A stretch of DNA of 32,000 nucleotides, taken from Candidatus Fokinia solitaria. GTDB taxonomy: Bacteria; Pseudomonadota; Alphaproteobacteria; Rickettsiales; Midichloriaceae. Location: NCBI RefSeq assembly GCF_003072485.1, contig NZ_CP025989.1, forward strand, positions 720,001 to 752,000, written 5' to 3'. The notes beneath the pieces are model-generated. The model ran no database searches, was not told where the DNA came from, and worked only from the letters and a program-made list of their open reading frames with translations. Positions 1 through 12,000 of the stretch are shown in pieces; the stretch's first letter is position 1, and each line of letters begins with the position of its first letter. A program made the translations under genes and the position numbers.

Positions 1-3000
1 GCTCAGATGCTGCTTTTTCTAATGAACTTTTTGTTTGGTCTTTTTGGATCGACTGCGCTGTAATCATGCTTTGTTTTAATCCAATCAGTACTTGCAACTT
101 CGGATCTTGGAAAAAAATACTGCCTTCTACACTATAACCAGCTTCCATTACTCTGATCATATCATCGACATCTACCATCACTTTATTCACTTTTTGCTCA
201 TATTCTTTCGAAGTAGATTGAAACTTCTTTGCTAGCACCCTACTCTGCTGCGAAAGAGATGATACTTCTGGTTCTGTTCCTGTCTCTGAATTTGGTATTT
301 TCAACTGCGAACCTCCTTTTCGCGCTGAGCTTTGCGAAGTTTGCACTATCTTGCGCTGCATTCTATCATGAAAATCTTTTCTAGCATTACGTTCTTCAGC
401 GAGTTCAGATATATTCTTCGCTTTCTTGAAAGCATCATATAATTGTTTTTGCTCCGCGCTAAAAGCATTGTCATTCTCGATCATAAGAGAATTTAGCTCA
501 GATATTTTCTGAGTAAGTGCGATTTGATTTTTGTCTAGTTCTATAACATCTTTATTCATTAGATTAATTTTTTCCTGATATTCTTTCAATATCTCTTGAT
601 CTGTCTCATGCATTCTCTTGTATTCCTTTTGCGTTTTCTTCATCACAGTATACGTCTGCGTCTCGCTCTGATATCGCTCACTTACTTCTCGTTTTTTTAT
701 GAGAGATTTGTCCAGCACCTTCATTACTGCGAATTGCCGTATTTCTGGTGACGTTGCTGCTGGCTGTATACTTCCTTCTAATATTTTTTTATTGTTCTCT
801 AATCGCTGCACATAAGCATCCTGCAGAGGCAGCAGTTTTTGGAGCTTGTCTGATATGATTTTCTTTTTATACGCTTCAGTATAAAGATTTACGCATTCAT
901 CTGTAATATCTGGGACGCCATGTTTCATCATGTTTATATTATCCGTGCCTATTACTGCTCTCTCCTCCTCCAATATTGCGCCTCGTTCGTCATACATAAG
1001 CTCGAGCTTTTGTTCTGATACAACTATAACATCCTGCACTACCTTTAGCTTCTCGAGAGTCGAATCATGTATTTCCTTTGCCGCATCTACAACGGTTTTT
1101 TCAGTAATCTTCATGATTCCTAATTTCTTCTGACATGCTAGAATAAATGCACGTAACGCAGAATCGTACTCTTGCATTAATACTGCTTCCATCGTCTCGT
1201 CTATTGTATCTTGAGACTGAAACCTTCTAATTTTCACTCTCGATTGATCCAAATCGCTCAAAGCTTTCTGAGTATCTGCATCAGATATAACGGGATTATT
1301 TTTTTGAATTTCATCTACTATGTCGCTAAAATTTGAATCACTAACTGGCTTTAATATTTCTAGCTTTTTTGTATTATCACTTATTTCGTTCGTTATTTCC
1401 GATCGCTTCTTCTTTAGATGCTGCCATCTCTCGTCTTGCTCTAGACTACGAAAAGGACGTTCGTCTAATTCTTTATATTCCACATTCATCGTCTTCAGCG
1501 ACTGCTCATCAGCGTCAACTTTGCGCTGTAAAACTAGTAATTCACTCAAGTTCTGTAACTTTTTATAATAGCCACTACTTGCGGCATCACTTGCATCCTC
1601 AGCATCTAATATCTTTTTCTTCTGGTCAAGAGTATACTGTAACAACTCTTCTTCGTCCATTTTTTTCCCTTTCTCATCCGATACTAGGTCTATTCTCTTG
1701 TCTATTTTTTTTTGCTCTTCTAGATAAAACATGCGAGCAGCTCGCACTTTTCCTATCTCCTCGGATAGCTCATTACCCCCGAACCTTTCATTTATGGACG
1801 TAAGCTCATGCTGTGCTATATCTTGCAGGTTACTCGTCTTTATCGTAGAAAGAGATGATTCTTCCATCTGTATAAGTTGAGTATGTAACGAAGATGCTTC
1901 TTTCTTTATCTGTAGCAGCATTGCACCATTTGACAACGTAACTTCGCCGCCCTCTTTTTTCTCAGCATCTTCTACTGTTTTTAGCTCATTCTCAGCACTT
2001 TGCTTTAACTTTTGCATTGCATGATATAATTTCTCTCTCTTTTCATACTGATTACTGAAGTCAAAGTATTTCATCGCATCTTTCACTGCTAAAATATTAT
2101 CATCTAGAAATGCTATTATTGCTTTTAACTGCTTTTTTAATACACTGCTACGACATACAATCCCCTTACTAAGCCAGTCATCCATTTTCATATCTTTGAA
2201 AGTAGGAATAATATCATCAGAACGTGCTCCTACTAACTCCATTAAATCTGCGTTTAAAACTGCGATTTCATCGCCAACTGCTTTCTTTTCAAGCTCAATC
2301 TGCCTCTCATCTACTTGCAGTAATTGAGCTACATCTGCAGCACGCTGACTTTGATACGCATCATCTAGCTTTTGAATATCTGTTTTAAATTGCTCGTTTA
2401 GAAAATCTTCGCCTCTCTTCAAGCGCTTTGCTAGCTTATTATCTTGCCTCCATAAATCTTGCCTTTGGCGCTCCAATTGCATCAACTTCTCTTCGCCTTC
2501 CTGTATATCAGTGACAAATCTCAACTCTTTCATTATCGCTTTCTGCAGAAACTTTTGCTGTAACAGATCCTTATCAGCGTTTGCTTTATTATCTTTTAAG
2601 TCTTTCAGATCTGACATCATTCGAAGTATAGTCTCCATTCCTCCTCTTCCAGCAATATCTACTCCGTTTAGATCTGCATTATCGAAAAACTCGCCTATCT
2701 CTGAGGCCTGAGCATCACGCTGCACTATAGCTTTATCCGGAGATAATTCTAGCGATACGGTAATTTCTAATTTTCTCCATGCATTTTCCATCTCACGATG
2801 TCGGAAAACTTCTCTTATAGCTTTTTCACTTGAGAAGTTTTCATTTTTTTCATGATATTCTGCGTTCTCTTCATCGAAAATTTTCGATATTGCATGATGT
2901 AGATTTAATATTTTCTCTTTTTCAGACTCGATACGCTCGCGCGCCTCAACTCTAGAATCGCGCTCGTGCTGCCGCTGCATCGCTATATCAGTTTTTACCA

Positions 3001-6000
3001 TTTCAGCTTTAAAAAGATCTACCGCATACGCTACTAATGGTGGCATCTTTGCTACAAGCTTCTTTGCACTCTCATGATTGAGTAACGACAACATCTTTGC
3101 AGCATAAGATGAATACTGAGTAGTACTCCCTGGCGTTATCTTGAGATTATTAGCACTATCTAGAATCTGCACCAAGAATTCTTGAAACTGAGACAAATAT
3201 TCCTTTTGCTCAACTAATGTTTTCTTGTATAACTCTTCTTTTTCCTCTTCCTGCTTATGCTTTTCCTTTAAGTACTGTAAAGATTTGAATGCATCAGACA
3301 CTGGGATACTATCACGATAAAACTCCGTTTCTTTTAGAAATTCTTCTAATTTCTGGCGCTCTTGTTCTATTTTTACCATCCCTCTAAAAGCCTCTTTTTC
3401 ATCATCAGAAAAACGGCCCCATTTATTGAAGTTGGTTTCATGCAGAGAAGTTATCTTCTCCTTCGTTGTCTTATTCCATTCTCTCCCCTCCTCTGTTTTG
3501 TTACTCTTTTCGTAACGCAAATACTCCAAAACTAAATCTAAAATATCCCTTCCATATTGAGTCTTTCCAGCTCGCTGTAGCAACTCTACTTCATGATTCT
3601 GTTTTGCTTTCGCTGCATCAAACTCACGCTGAATGCTATTAACTGCATCCTTGTAGGATAACAATACATTATCGTATACACGTTCTGCATCACTCTTCTT
3701 TGGTAGTTTTGCTAATACTTTCTTTATATCGTCTTTTCCTTTCTTTATTAGCATCGCTTTCTCATCTTTATTTTCTAAAATAGCAATAGTCTCCTTTAAA
3801 TGCGCAACAGACTGAGCGTGCAAATCGACATCGCCGCGTACTGCTAAATCTTCTTCCGCAGCATTCCACAGTTCTAATTTACTCAAGAAGCTTTCATTTG
3901 CCTCTATATGGCTCTGTACTTGCACCAAGAATGCACTTCTCGTAGAAGTATATAATGCAACGGCTTCTCCTACTGTTGCAGGATGTTGTGCCTGCTCTAT
4001 GTTAATTTTATATTTCGCAAAAACTTGCCCCGTATTGTGATTGCTTATCGCATTAACTGCCGTTGTTAAGGAAGTACGTAGCTCTGCTTGATTCTCTGGT
4101 CGTTTTTGCCCCTCTAATGCTTGCAATAATTTCTCGTCAGCCTCAGCATTCTGTTGAATTTGTGCCAGGATATCATTTATCAATTGATCATGTAATTGAC
4201 AAGCAGCCTGCCACTCTGTTTCAGATAACTGTCTCCCTGCATCACTGATAACATCTTCATTAGGATTTTGAAATTTTTGCAGCATCGTCTCGATCTGCAC
4301 CTTCTGTGCGGTAAGAGAGCTCTTTTCTATAAGCTTAAGCAGATCTTTTAAATCTTTGTACACTATAGCAGAGTTAGACTTTTGAAGAACAAACTCACCA
4401 GAAAGTTCAGTAAGTTTTTGCTTCAACACCAAACTACGACCGATGTTTCCACGAATGTCAGACTTAAGATGCCCTATCATGTCTTGATATTCACCGATCT
4501 TTTGATCTTCCGGAGAAACTGCTCTTGGATTCAGCAAGTCTTTAAGCGCTTTAAGAGTCCTATCCTTCGCGCGTTGCATAGTGTCTCTTTCCATAGAGCA
4601 ATTTTCTAATAGCCCGGTAACTTTTGTATAATGCACACTTACTGCTTTAGTATTGGCACTTTCCACGTTTTCAGCATTAGTTGGAGCATTTAATTTCTGC
4701 GACAATCCCGAATTCGTATCTTGTTCTTTTTTAAGCGTGACAACGAGAGCATTTCTGAGGTCTTTATATGATATAGCGGCCTCTTTATACGCTGCCTCTT
4801 CAGGAGACGTATTTTCTAAAACTTGCAACTTTTCTTTCATCTTACCAACGTCAGAGAATGCACTTCGTACTTCAATTCTTTCTGCAAAAGTATCAAGCTT
4901 CTTTAAATAAAGATTTATTTCTTGACCATCATTACGTCCAGATGGCACTGGTATGGCATTCAACTCCTCCAAAAGTAGTTTATTTTTACCGCCATTATCT
5001 GCAGTCAGTTTTGTAATAAGAGCATTTTTCAATTCTACGCATAATGCTATAGCATTTGCGTACGTTACTTCATTTTTTACGCGATATAACTTCATCGCAT
5101 CGATATCGTTCTTAAAATCTTTCTGACACTTTTCCAAGATTGGAGAGACATTCGCCTCCCACTTCGAGTCTGCTACTGGATTTTCTGTCACTAGAGTAGA
5201 TAAGTCTTGCAGCACTTTCTCATCGTAAACACCATCATTTTTCTTCTCTTCAATTGTAACAAGAAGAGCCTTGATTTTAGGATCATTTTCTATCTTCAAT
5301 CTCTCTGAGAAATACACATTCATTTCCTCTCTTTCTTTCATCGCTGCTTCAGATATTTGCCATGCTTTTATATCTGCCATGAAAGACGGATGTGCGTTTA
5401 TGCCTCTCTCTAATGAAGCCATCAAACTCGAATAATAATTTTTCTCTTTCTCTAAGTCGCTCTGCTGCTTCTTCTTTTCGTCTATCTGGTCTTGAATCCC
5501 GTCTATAGCTAAAGAAATTGCATTTCTTTCGTCCTGAAGTACAGGTATTTTCAACCTATCATATGTGTTAGCTAACTCGTACTCTTTATCTGCTAGCTTC
5601 ACTTCCTGCAGCTTTTTATCATTCTCCAAAGCAATAATTTCCATAGATACTTCATTTAGTTCCTCATTTATCTTCTCAAGCTTTTTCTCCTTTAATAGAG
5701 TGTGCTTACCTACTATTTTCTTTAAATATGTATCATAATATTCTGGAAGTATAAAATCTGTTCGATGTTGTATTCTAATATCTTGCAATTCCTCCAACAT
5801 TCCTGCCGCTTTATCTAACGAATTCTCCTTCTTATCAGAATAAGTAAGCAGCATTGATAAATTGTGTAGCATCTTCCATATAGTCAAATTATGCTCTTCC
5901 ACACCTATTACCATGCGTTGTGTATCTGATGGGTTTATTTGCGGTAATGCAGCAGCGCATACTCCTTCCGTGCTTCTTCTTAATATTGCTAACGCAGTAT

Positions 6001-9000
6001 AAGATTCGCTATAAGGTATAACTCTCAATACTATGATTCCTTGCGGCACTAATGCACTCGATAGCTTTGCATATGCTGAATCTTTTTGCTCCTGCGTCAG
6101 CATCACATCAGTAACATTTTCAGATTTCCATTGTTCTATCTCTCTTAACCTTTCTTGTATTTCAAAATCTTTCTCTGGACTTGCTATAGTATCATGTCCG
6201 CGATCTGAATTTCGAAGTCTTACCAACTCCGACCATAATGAATCAATGTTATGCTCGTATTCTTTTAATTGCTGCAATACATGTTCTCTATTATATTGCA
6301 TTACCTGTAATAGCATAGCTTTCTCTTGTTTCTGTGCTCCGTCCGCTAATAAAGCAAGATCATGATTTGCTACTTTAATAGCTTCGTCTAATTCATTCAG
6401 CTCGTCACGGCAATTCATACGCCCTTTTCTTGCAGCGTATAAAGACTGCCTCACTTGATCTATCTCGAATTGTATTGTTTTATCCGCTCCTGTGACAATA
6501 AGTCCGTACCTTACTTCAAAGTTATGCAATTGGTCATACGCTTCTCTAATAGTATTGCTGAGTTCAAATCGCTGATGTTTTAACGATTGTAACGCCAATG
6601 ACGTTTCATCAATCTGCCTTTGCAGAAGTACTTTCGTTATCCCATCTACCGGCTGTGATTTTGATAATGTTAATAATGTTTCTTCATGCGCCATTATACT
6701 TTGCCCTATCACTGTAAAATCCTCAATTTTCTTCGATATCATATCCTCTAATCTTGTCTTTTGTTCAGGTTCCGATATTGATTGATCTCTCGATGTTCTT
6801 TCTTCAAACGTGCTAAGCCATTTTTCATTCTGACTTACAGGCGTCGTCTCTAAAAGATTAAAACACTGTGTTTCCGCATCTCTATGTGCATATTTTTTAG
6901 CTTCCAAAGTATACTTTTCATTCATGTATAGTGGATGCTCTATCATATCGTCATCACATAATCCCTCAATCTCTTCCAACTTTTTCGAAACGTATAATAC
7001 CGGGCTATCGCTCAATTTTACAGGAGGCACTAGCTGTTGCTGCATATTTTGAACAACTCCTCCTTGCGCAAAAGCTTGGCTGAGATCCTGCACTTGTACT
7101 ACTGTTTCTTGCTCTACAACTATTCGTTTTGCTGCAATCTCAAGATCGATTTCAGCTATCTTAGCAGCTATCGAGTTCTCTTGCTCACATCTACTTATTT
7201 CCAATTTATTTTGCGCAAGCTTCTGCGCTTGCAGATCTTTTATTGCATCTTGTGCGGACTTGATATTATGCTCTACACCTATGATTGCGTCTTTTGTCTT
7301 CTCAATCGCAGCATCATACATATGTAATGTCTCTATAGAATCATTTACAAACACGCGTTGCGCATCGATGAGTTCTTGATCTTTCTTTACTGCTCTCTCC
7401 AACTCTTGTAATTTCTTTACTTGTGCATTTTTATCTTTTAAGGCCTGTAAACGAAGCTGTTCGATCTCTTTCAACTCTCCTTGATGCTTTTGCAATGTCG
7501 TTCGAGCATTTTGAAGATTAGTCGCCAAAGCAGCATCTCCTGCCACTTGTCGTTCTAAATGACGTAATGTATCAATCTTCTTCTTTGCTGCATCTCCTTC
7601 TGTTATCTGTCTTCTTCTAATCTGCTGCAGGAGAGCTATATCAGGCAATGCCTTCAAATCAACATCTCCTCTAATCACTCCTTCTATTATTCCTTGGTAA
7701 ATTGTCTCATAAGAATTATTCTCTGCACTAGCACGCGCAAGATTATCTTTCATGCCCTTTACTTCTACTATCATCTGCTTCAATACTTCCACTTCTTCCT
7801 TTTTCATTTCTAATTTCTGTAATTCGCCTTGCATTCCTACAACACCATCTTCAACTGATAGCAATACTTCGTTAACCTTCGTTTTTTTGGCTTGTAACTT
7901 ATTCAAGGCTTCTTCTCTCTTCTGAATTTCAATACGAGTGTTTTCTGCATCGTTCTCCGGCAACATTTCCGCTTCTAACGCCGCCTCTATATCAAGATAA
8001 AGACTTATCTTGATATTCGCTTGCTCTAAATTACTTCCTGTTAATGTTTTTCTTTGCGCTCTTGTATTTATAAGTTCTTGATGTACATTTGCTTTGAGTG
8101 TTTCAATCTCTTCTCTATTACGAAATTTTTCAAAATAAGGCATTGGCTGCCCATTTAAATACATCTCTTTTTTTTTGTAAAAGTCAAGCTTTTGCTTAGC
8201 GCCATAATTGCGTAATGACTCACTATACCAGTCTTCCGCAATTTGACATATACTTTCAGCAATAGATACTTCATGTACTGCTTTATGTATTCTTGCAACA
8301 ACGTCTATTGCTTCTTGACTACTTATAGTCTGATGCTTTTGCTCTAATGCTCTTTTTTTATCAAGTAATTGCCGTACTTTCGTATCAGGATTAGCGAAAT
8401 ATGCATCCATTGATTGGAATTGCTGTAGTACATCTGACTTTAGACCAAGAGAAATTAACTGCTGTTGATGCATATTCATCCAAGCGTCAAAACTGCCGTC
8501 TATACGATTAAACGTAACATTATCAGCAGGTAAAACATCACTTTTTTTCCATAACAAATTCTCAAGTAGTACCTCTTCTATCTGCATTGCTGATTGAAGC
8601 GCATCACGCCTAAAAGCATATGTTGTAGCACTATCTGGATTGAGAGGTATCGCTTGTTCCTCTCCAGTAGCTTCTGGCGCTATGGCTGATCTTATCAGCC
8701 CTCCTATATTGACAGAATCTGCAGCAATCTTATCAGACAGATCTGCATCATTCATTGTTGTGTATGCTTTACCATATGCATCTATTTCTTTACGAAGCTG
8801 AATTTCATTCTGTTTTACAATTTTCATTTCATCTTCTGTACTTTTCAAGCGAGCGCGCATTTGGCTTATATTCGCATCTATACCACTCACATCAACACCA
8901 TCTTGAATACGAAATGCCCGTACAATAAGCATATTCTCTATTCTCTTCGCGTCCGCAAAAATCATATCTTGCAATACTGCACCATACGATTGATGATCTT

Positions 9001-12000
9001 TTAGCTTTAATTTCGCAATTTCCACCGTAATTATCAATTTCTGCAATAGAGTATAATTTTCACCTTGTAGAGTAGGTATCAAACTGTTTGCTGAATTCTC
9101 ATTTAATACGATGTCTTTTTCAAGGAGTGCTAGCTTCTCTATTGAATCATTCCTCAATTGGTGTTTTTGTATAATATCAGACTGTATTTTTTCTAGAAGA
9201 AATCTTCTGTAATTTTCATCGCTGGAATGCCAAAGATAGTACATTCCGTGAAGCTCACTTTCTTTGAAATTACTTTGAATAACATGCTCGACTCCATCTC
9301 TTGCGGTTGCATTCAAACTTTTCGCACTTCTGAGCACCTCTTTTTCAATAGATTGTGCAGTTGCTACAACTACATTTTGGTCAGTACGTGCTGTTAAAGG
9401 TAGCTGAGAGAAATATTGCCCCGCTTCTTGCAAGCGAGACAGCTCTCTATCTATCTTGCCAAAATTCACTCTCTCAGACGCCCAATTAGAGTAAGCTGTA
9501 GCTGTTCTTTGCAATTCTGCTGTAACAACAACGCAATCTTGCACAGTATGTCTTTGCGCAGGAGACATCTCGTTAAATTTATCTATCCACTGCGAAGTAC
9601 GTTGCCGAGTTTCTGCTCCTAATTTAAAGAGTTCTCTTGCATTAGCTCCTTCAGACTGTTTTTGCTCATACAATAGCGTAACTTGACCGTTTCGTTCATA
9701 ATATTCTTGTCCTTCAACTGCAACTCGCAATGTATTGTACAACTCTTTTTGACGTTGAGAATTAATTGTCGCTTCTCTTGATTGCTTCAGATAAGACGAT
9801 ATTAAGTTCTTTTGTAATTTTTCTTCTGCAATTTCAAATTCAGTCCTTGCGTAATCCAAATCTCCAGCAACTTTAGTAGCTAAAACACCTTCAAGCTCTA
9901 CTATCTTATTTTCTGATGCGACAAGCGCCTGCTCTAACCTTACAATATTACCTTCTGCAACATTGAGAGATAAGTCATTCTGCGCAGCACTGTCCTCTAA
10001 TGCCAATAACGTAGCGTCGCGTATAGAATTATCCGTTGATGTAGATTCTGCTAAGGGCTGAAGAGCAGGTACGTTGGTATAATCTTTATTAATAAACTGA
10101 TACTTGCTTACTGCAATAGTGATCTCTTTTATTCTCTCTTTTGCAAAATGTATCGTTCTGTCGTATCTTCCTATCTCTTCAATAAGTTGAAGATGTTTCT
10201 TATATAGATCGTATACTTCTCTATGCTCAGCATCAAGCACTGGATTTGATGCGCAATATTTCAGGAAATGTTCCAAAAGCAGCTGATAATTTGACAACTC
10301 TGCTACTGTCACATTGCTTTTATCCATTAGAATGGCTTCATTCATTTTCCTTTCAATATGCAGGCTGTTCTGCGCTGCTATTAAAATAGGTATTAAATCG
10401 ATTTCTTTTTGTATTGCATCCTTCATATCCTTAATATCCAACGCTATTTCTTTTTTACTATACGATCCTGTATTTTCTCTCACTGCGCTATACTCATTAT
10501 TCGCTTTTTTCAGTTTGTCCTTTATATCATCAATCTCTCTTTCAAAAGCTTTCTTCTGAAGCTCTTTTTGCTTTAAATCTCTAGCACAATCCGATGACTT
10601 TTGCGCACAATCTTGAGAATTGCAAGTAACAAGTAAATTACTTAGCTTTACATTTTCTTCTGCTATTTCTGCACTAAGCCGTAATATTTTACTTTCTAAA
10701 TCGGTTATCTTGAGATGGAAGCTTTCCTTAATATTATCTAACTCTCCTCTTCTTTTGTAAGACACTGCACCATTTTGCATTGCATTGCTTTTCTGCGAAG
10801 GTTTAATCTTTCTTCCAAGAACGGCTCCATTCTCTTTAAAGGTGACATTTTTCTTTTGAAGATTACGATTTTTTTGTGGCTTCTCACCTAATACGCAAAA
10901 TTCTCCATAGCAAGGCGTTGTAGTAGAATCGAGATTTTTGAGATCAAATTTTTGCTTGAACTGTAGCGTATCAGGCGCTTGTTCTAATATATGCGATTGG
11001 GAATCATTGCTCTCTGAAACAACGGTAGCAGGCCCTTGCTTCAATTGTAACCGACTCATTACATTTTGATGAGCTGCATTTGATTGCGAAGCTGCTCCTG
11101 CTGCTTGCTTCTGTGGCTCTACAGTTGTTTCTTCACGCTGATATAGCGGCACATGAAGTAATTTCGCTACAGAAGAGAGATCTTTGTAATTAGATAATTC
11201 CTTTTCCAATTGCCGTATCAAATTCGCTTCCTGCACCATCCTCGCTATATAAGAGTTACCACGCTGCTTTAATGATTGAAGCTCGGATTCTAGTGCGCGT
11301 ACTTTCTGTTCACGTTCTGTAACAGTATTTATACTCTTCTGTAAGCGTGCTTTTTCTTTCAGTAATCTTGCAATTTGCCCTATAGTTTCTGGAGGATGTG
11401 CTTCTCCTTCTTGCAATGAAGCAAGTGTTCCTTGTAAACGACGTATCTCACTATCTAATGCCATTATTCTATTGGCATTAGATTGTGCTTCTGCAGCAAT
11501 AGCTTGAGCGCCTCCTAACTCCTGTATTTTCGCGACGATTTTTTTCTCACTCTCTTTTTCATGAATCATTTTTGAACGTAAATCCGCTATCTTTGTTTGC
11601 GCTCTAAGTAATCGATTTTTCGTTTTTATGAAATTGAACCTCTCTTGTTCTTCGCCTTCTTCAAGATTTTGCAATGTACTACCAAAGTTATTCACACGAT
11701 CTTCTAAAAGCTGTATATCATTGTAATACGGCGTAAGCATAGATTGAATATTGTAATGAGTCGCTAATGCATCTACCGCATCCAATCGCATTCTCATCTC
11801 ATCTATAGATCTACGATATTCACCTATATCTCTCACATGCACATCACGCGCTTCACGTAGCATCCTTGCTCTGCTTTCAATATTACTAAGATTTATATCG
11901 TCTAAAGGCGTACCATTTTCTAAACCAAGATAATAATCTTTAAGTGTATCTTCTAATTCTTGCTGATCTTGTAAAACGTCCTGTAATTGCGCTTCTGCAG

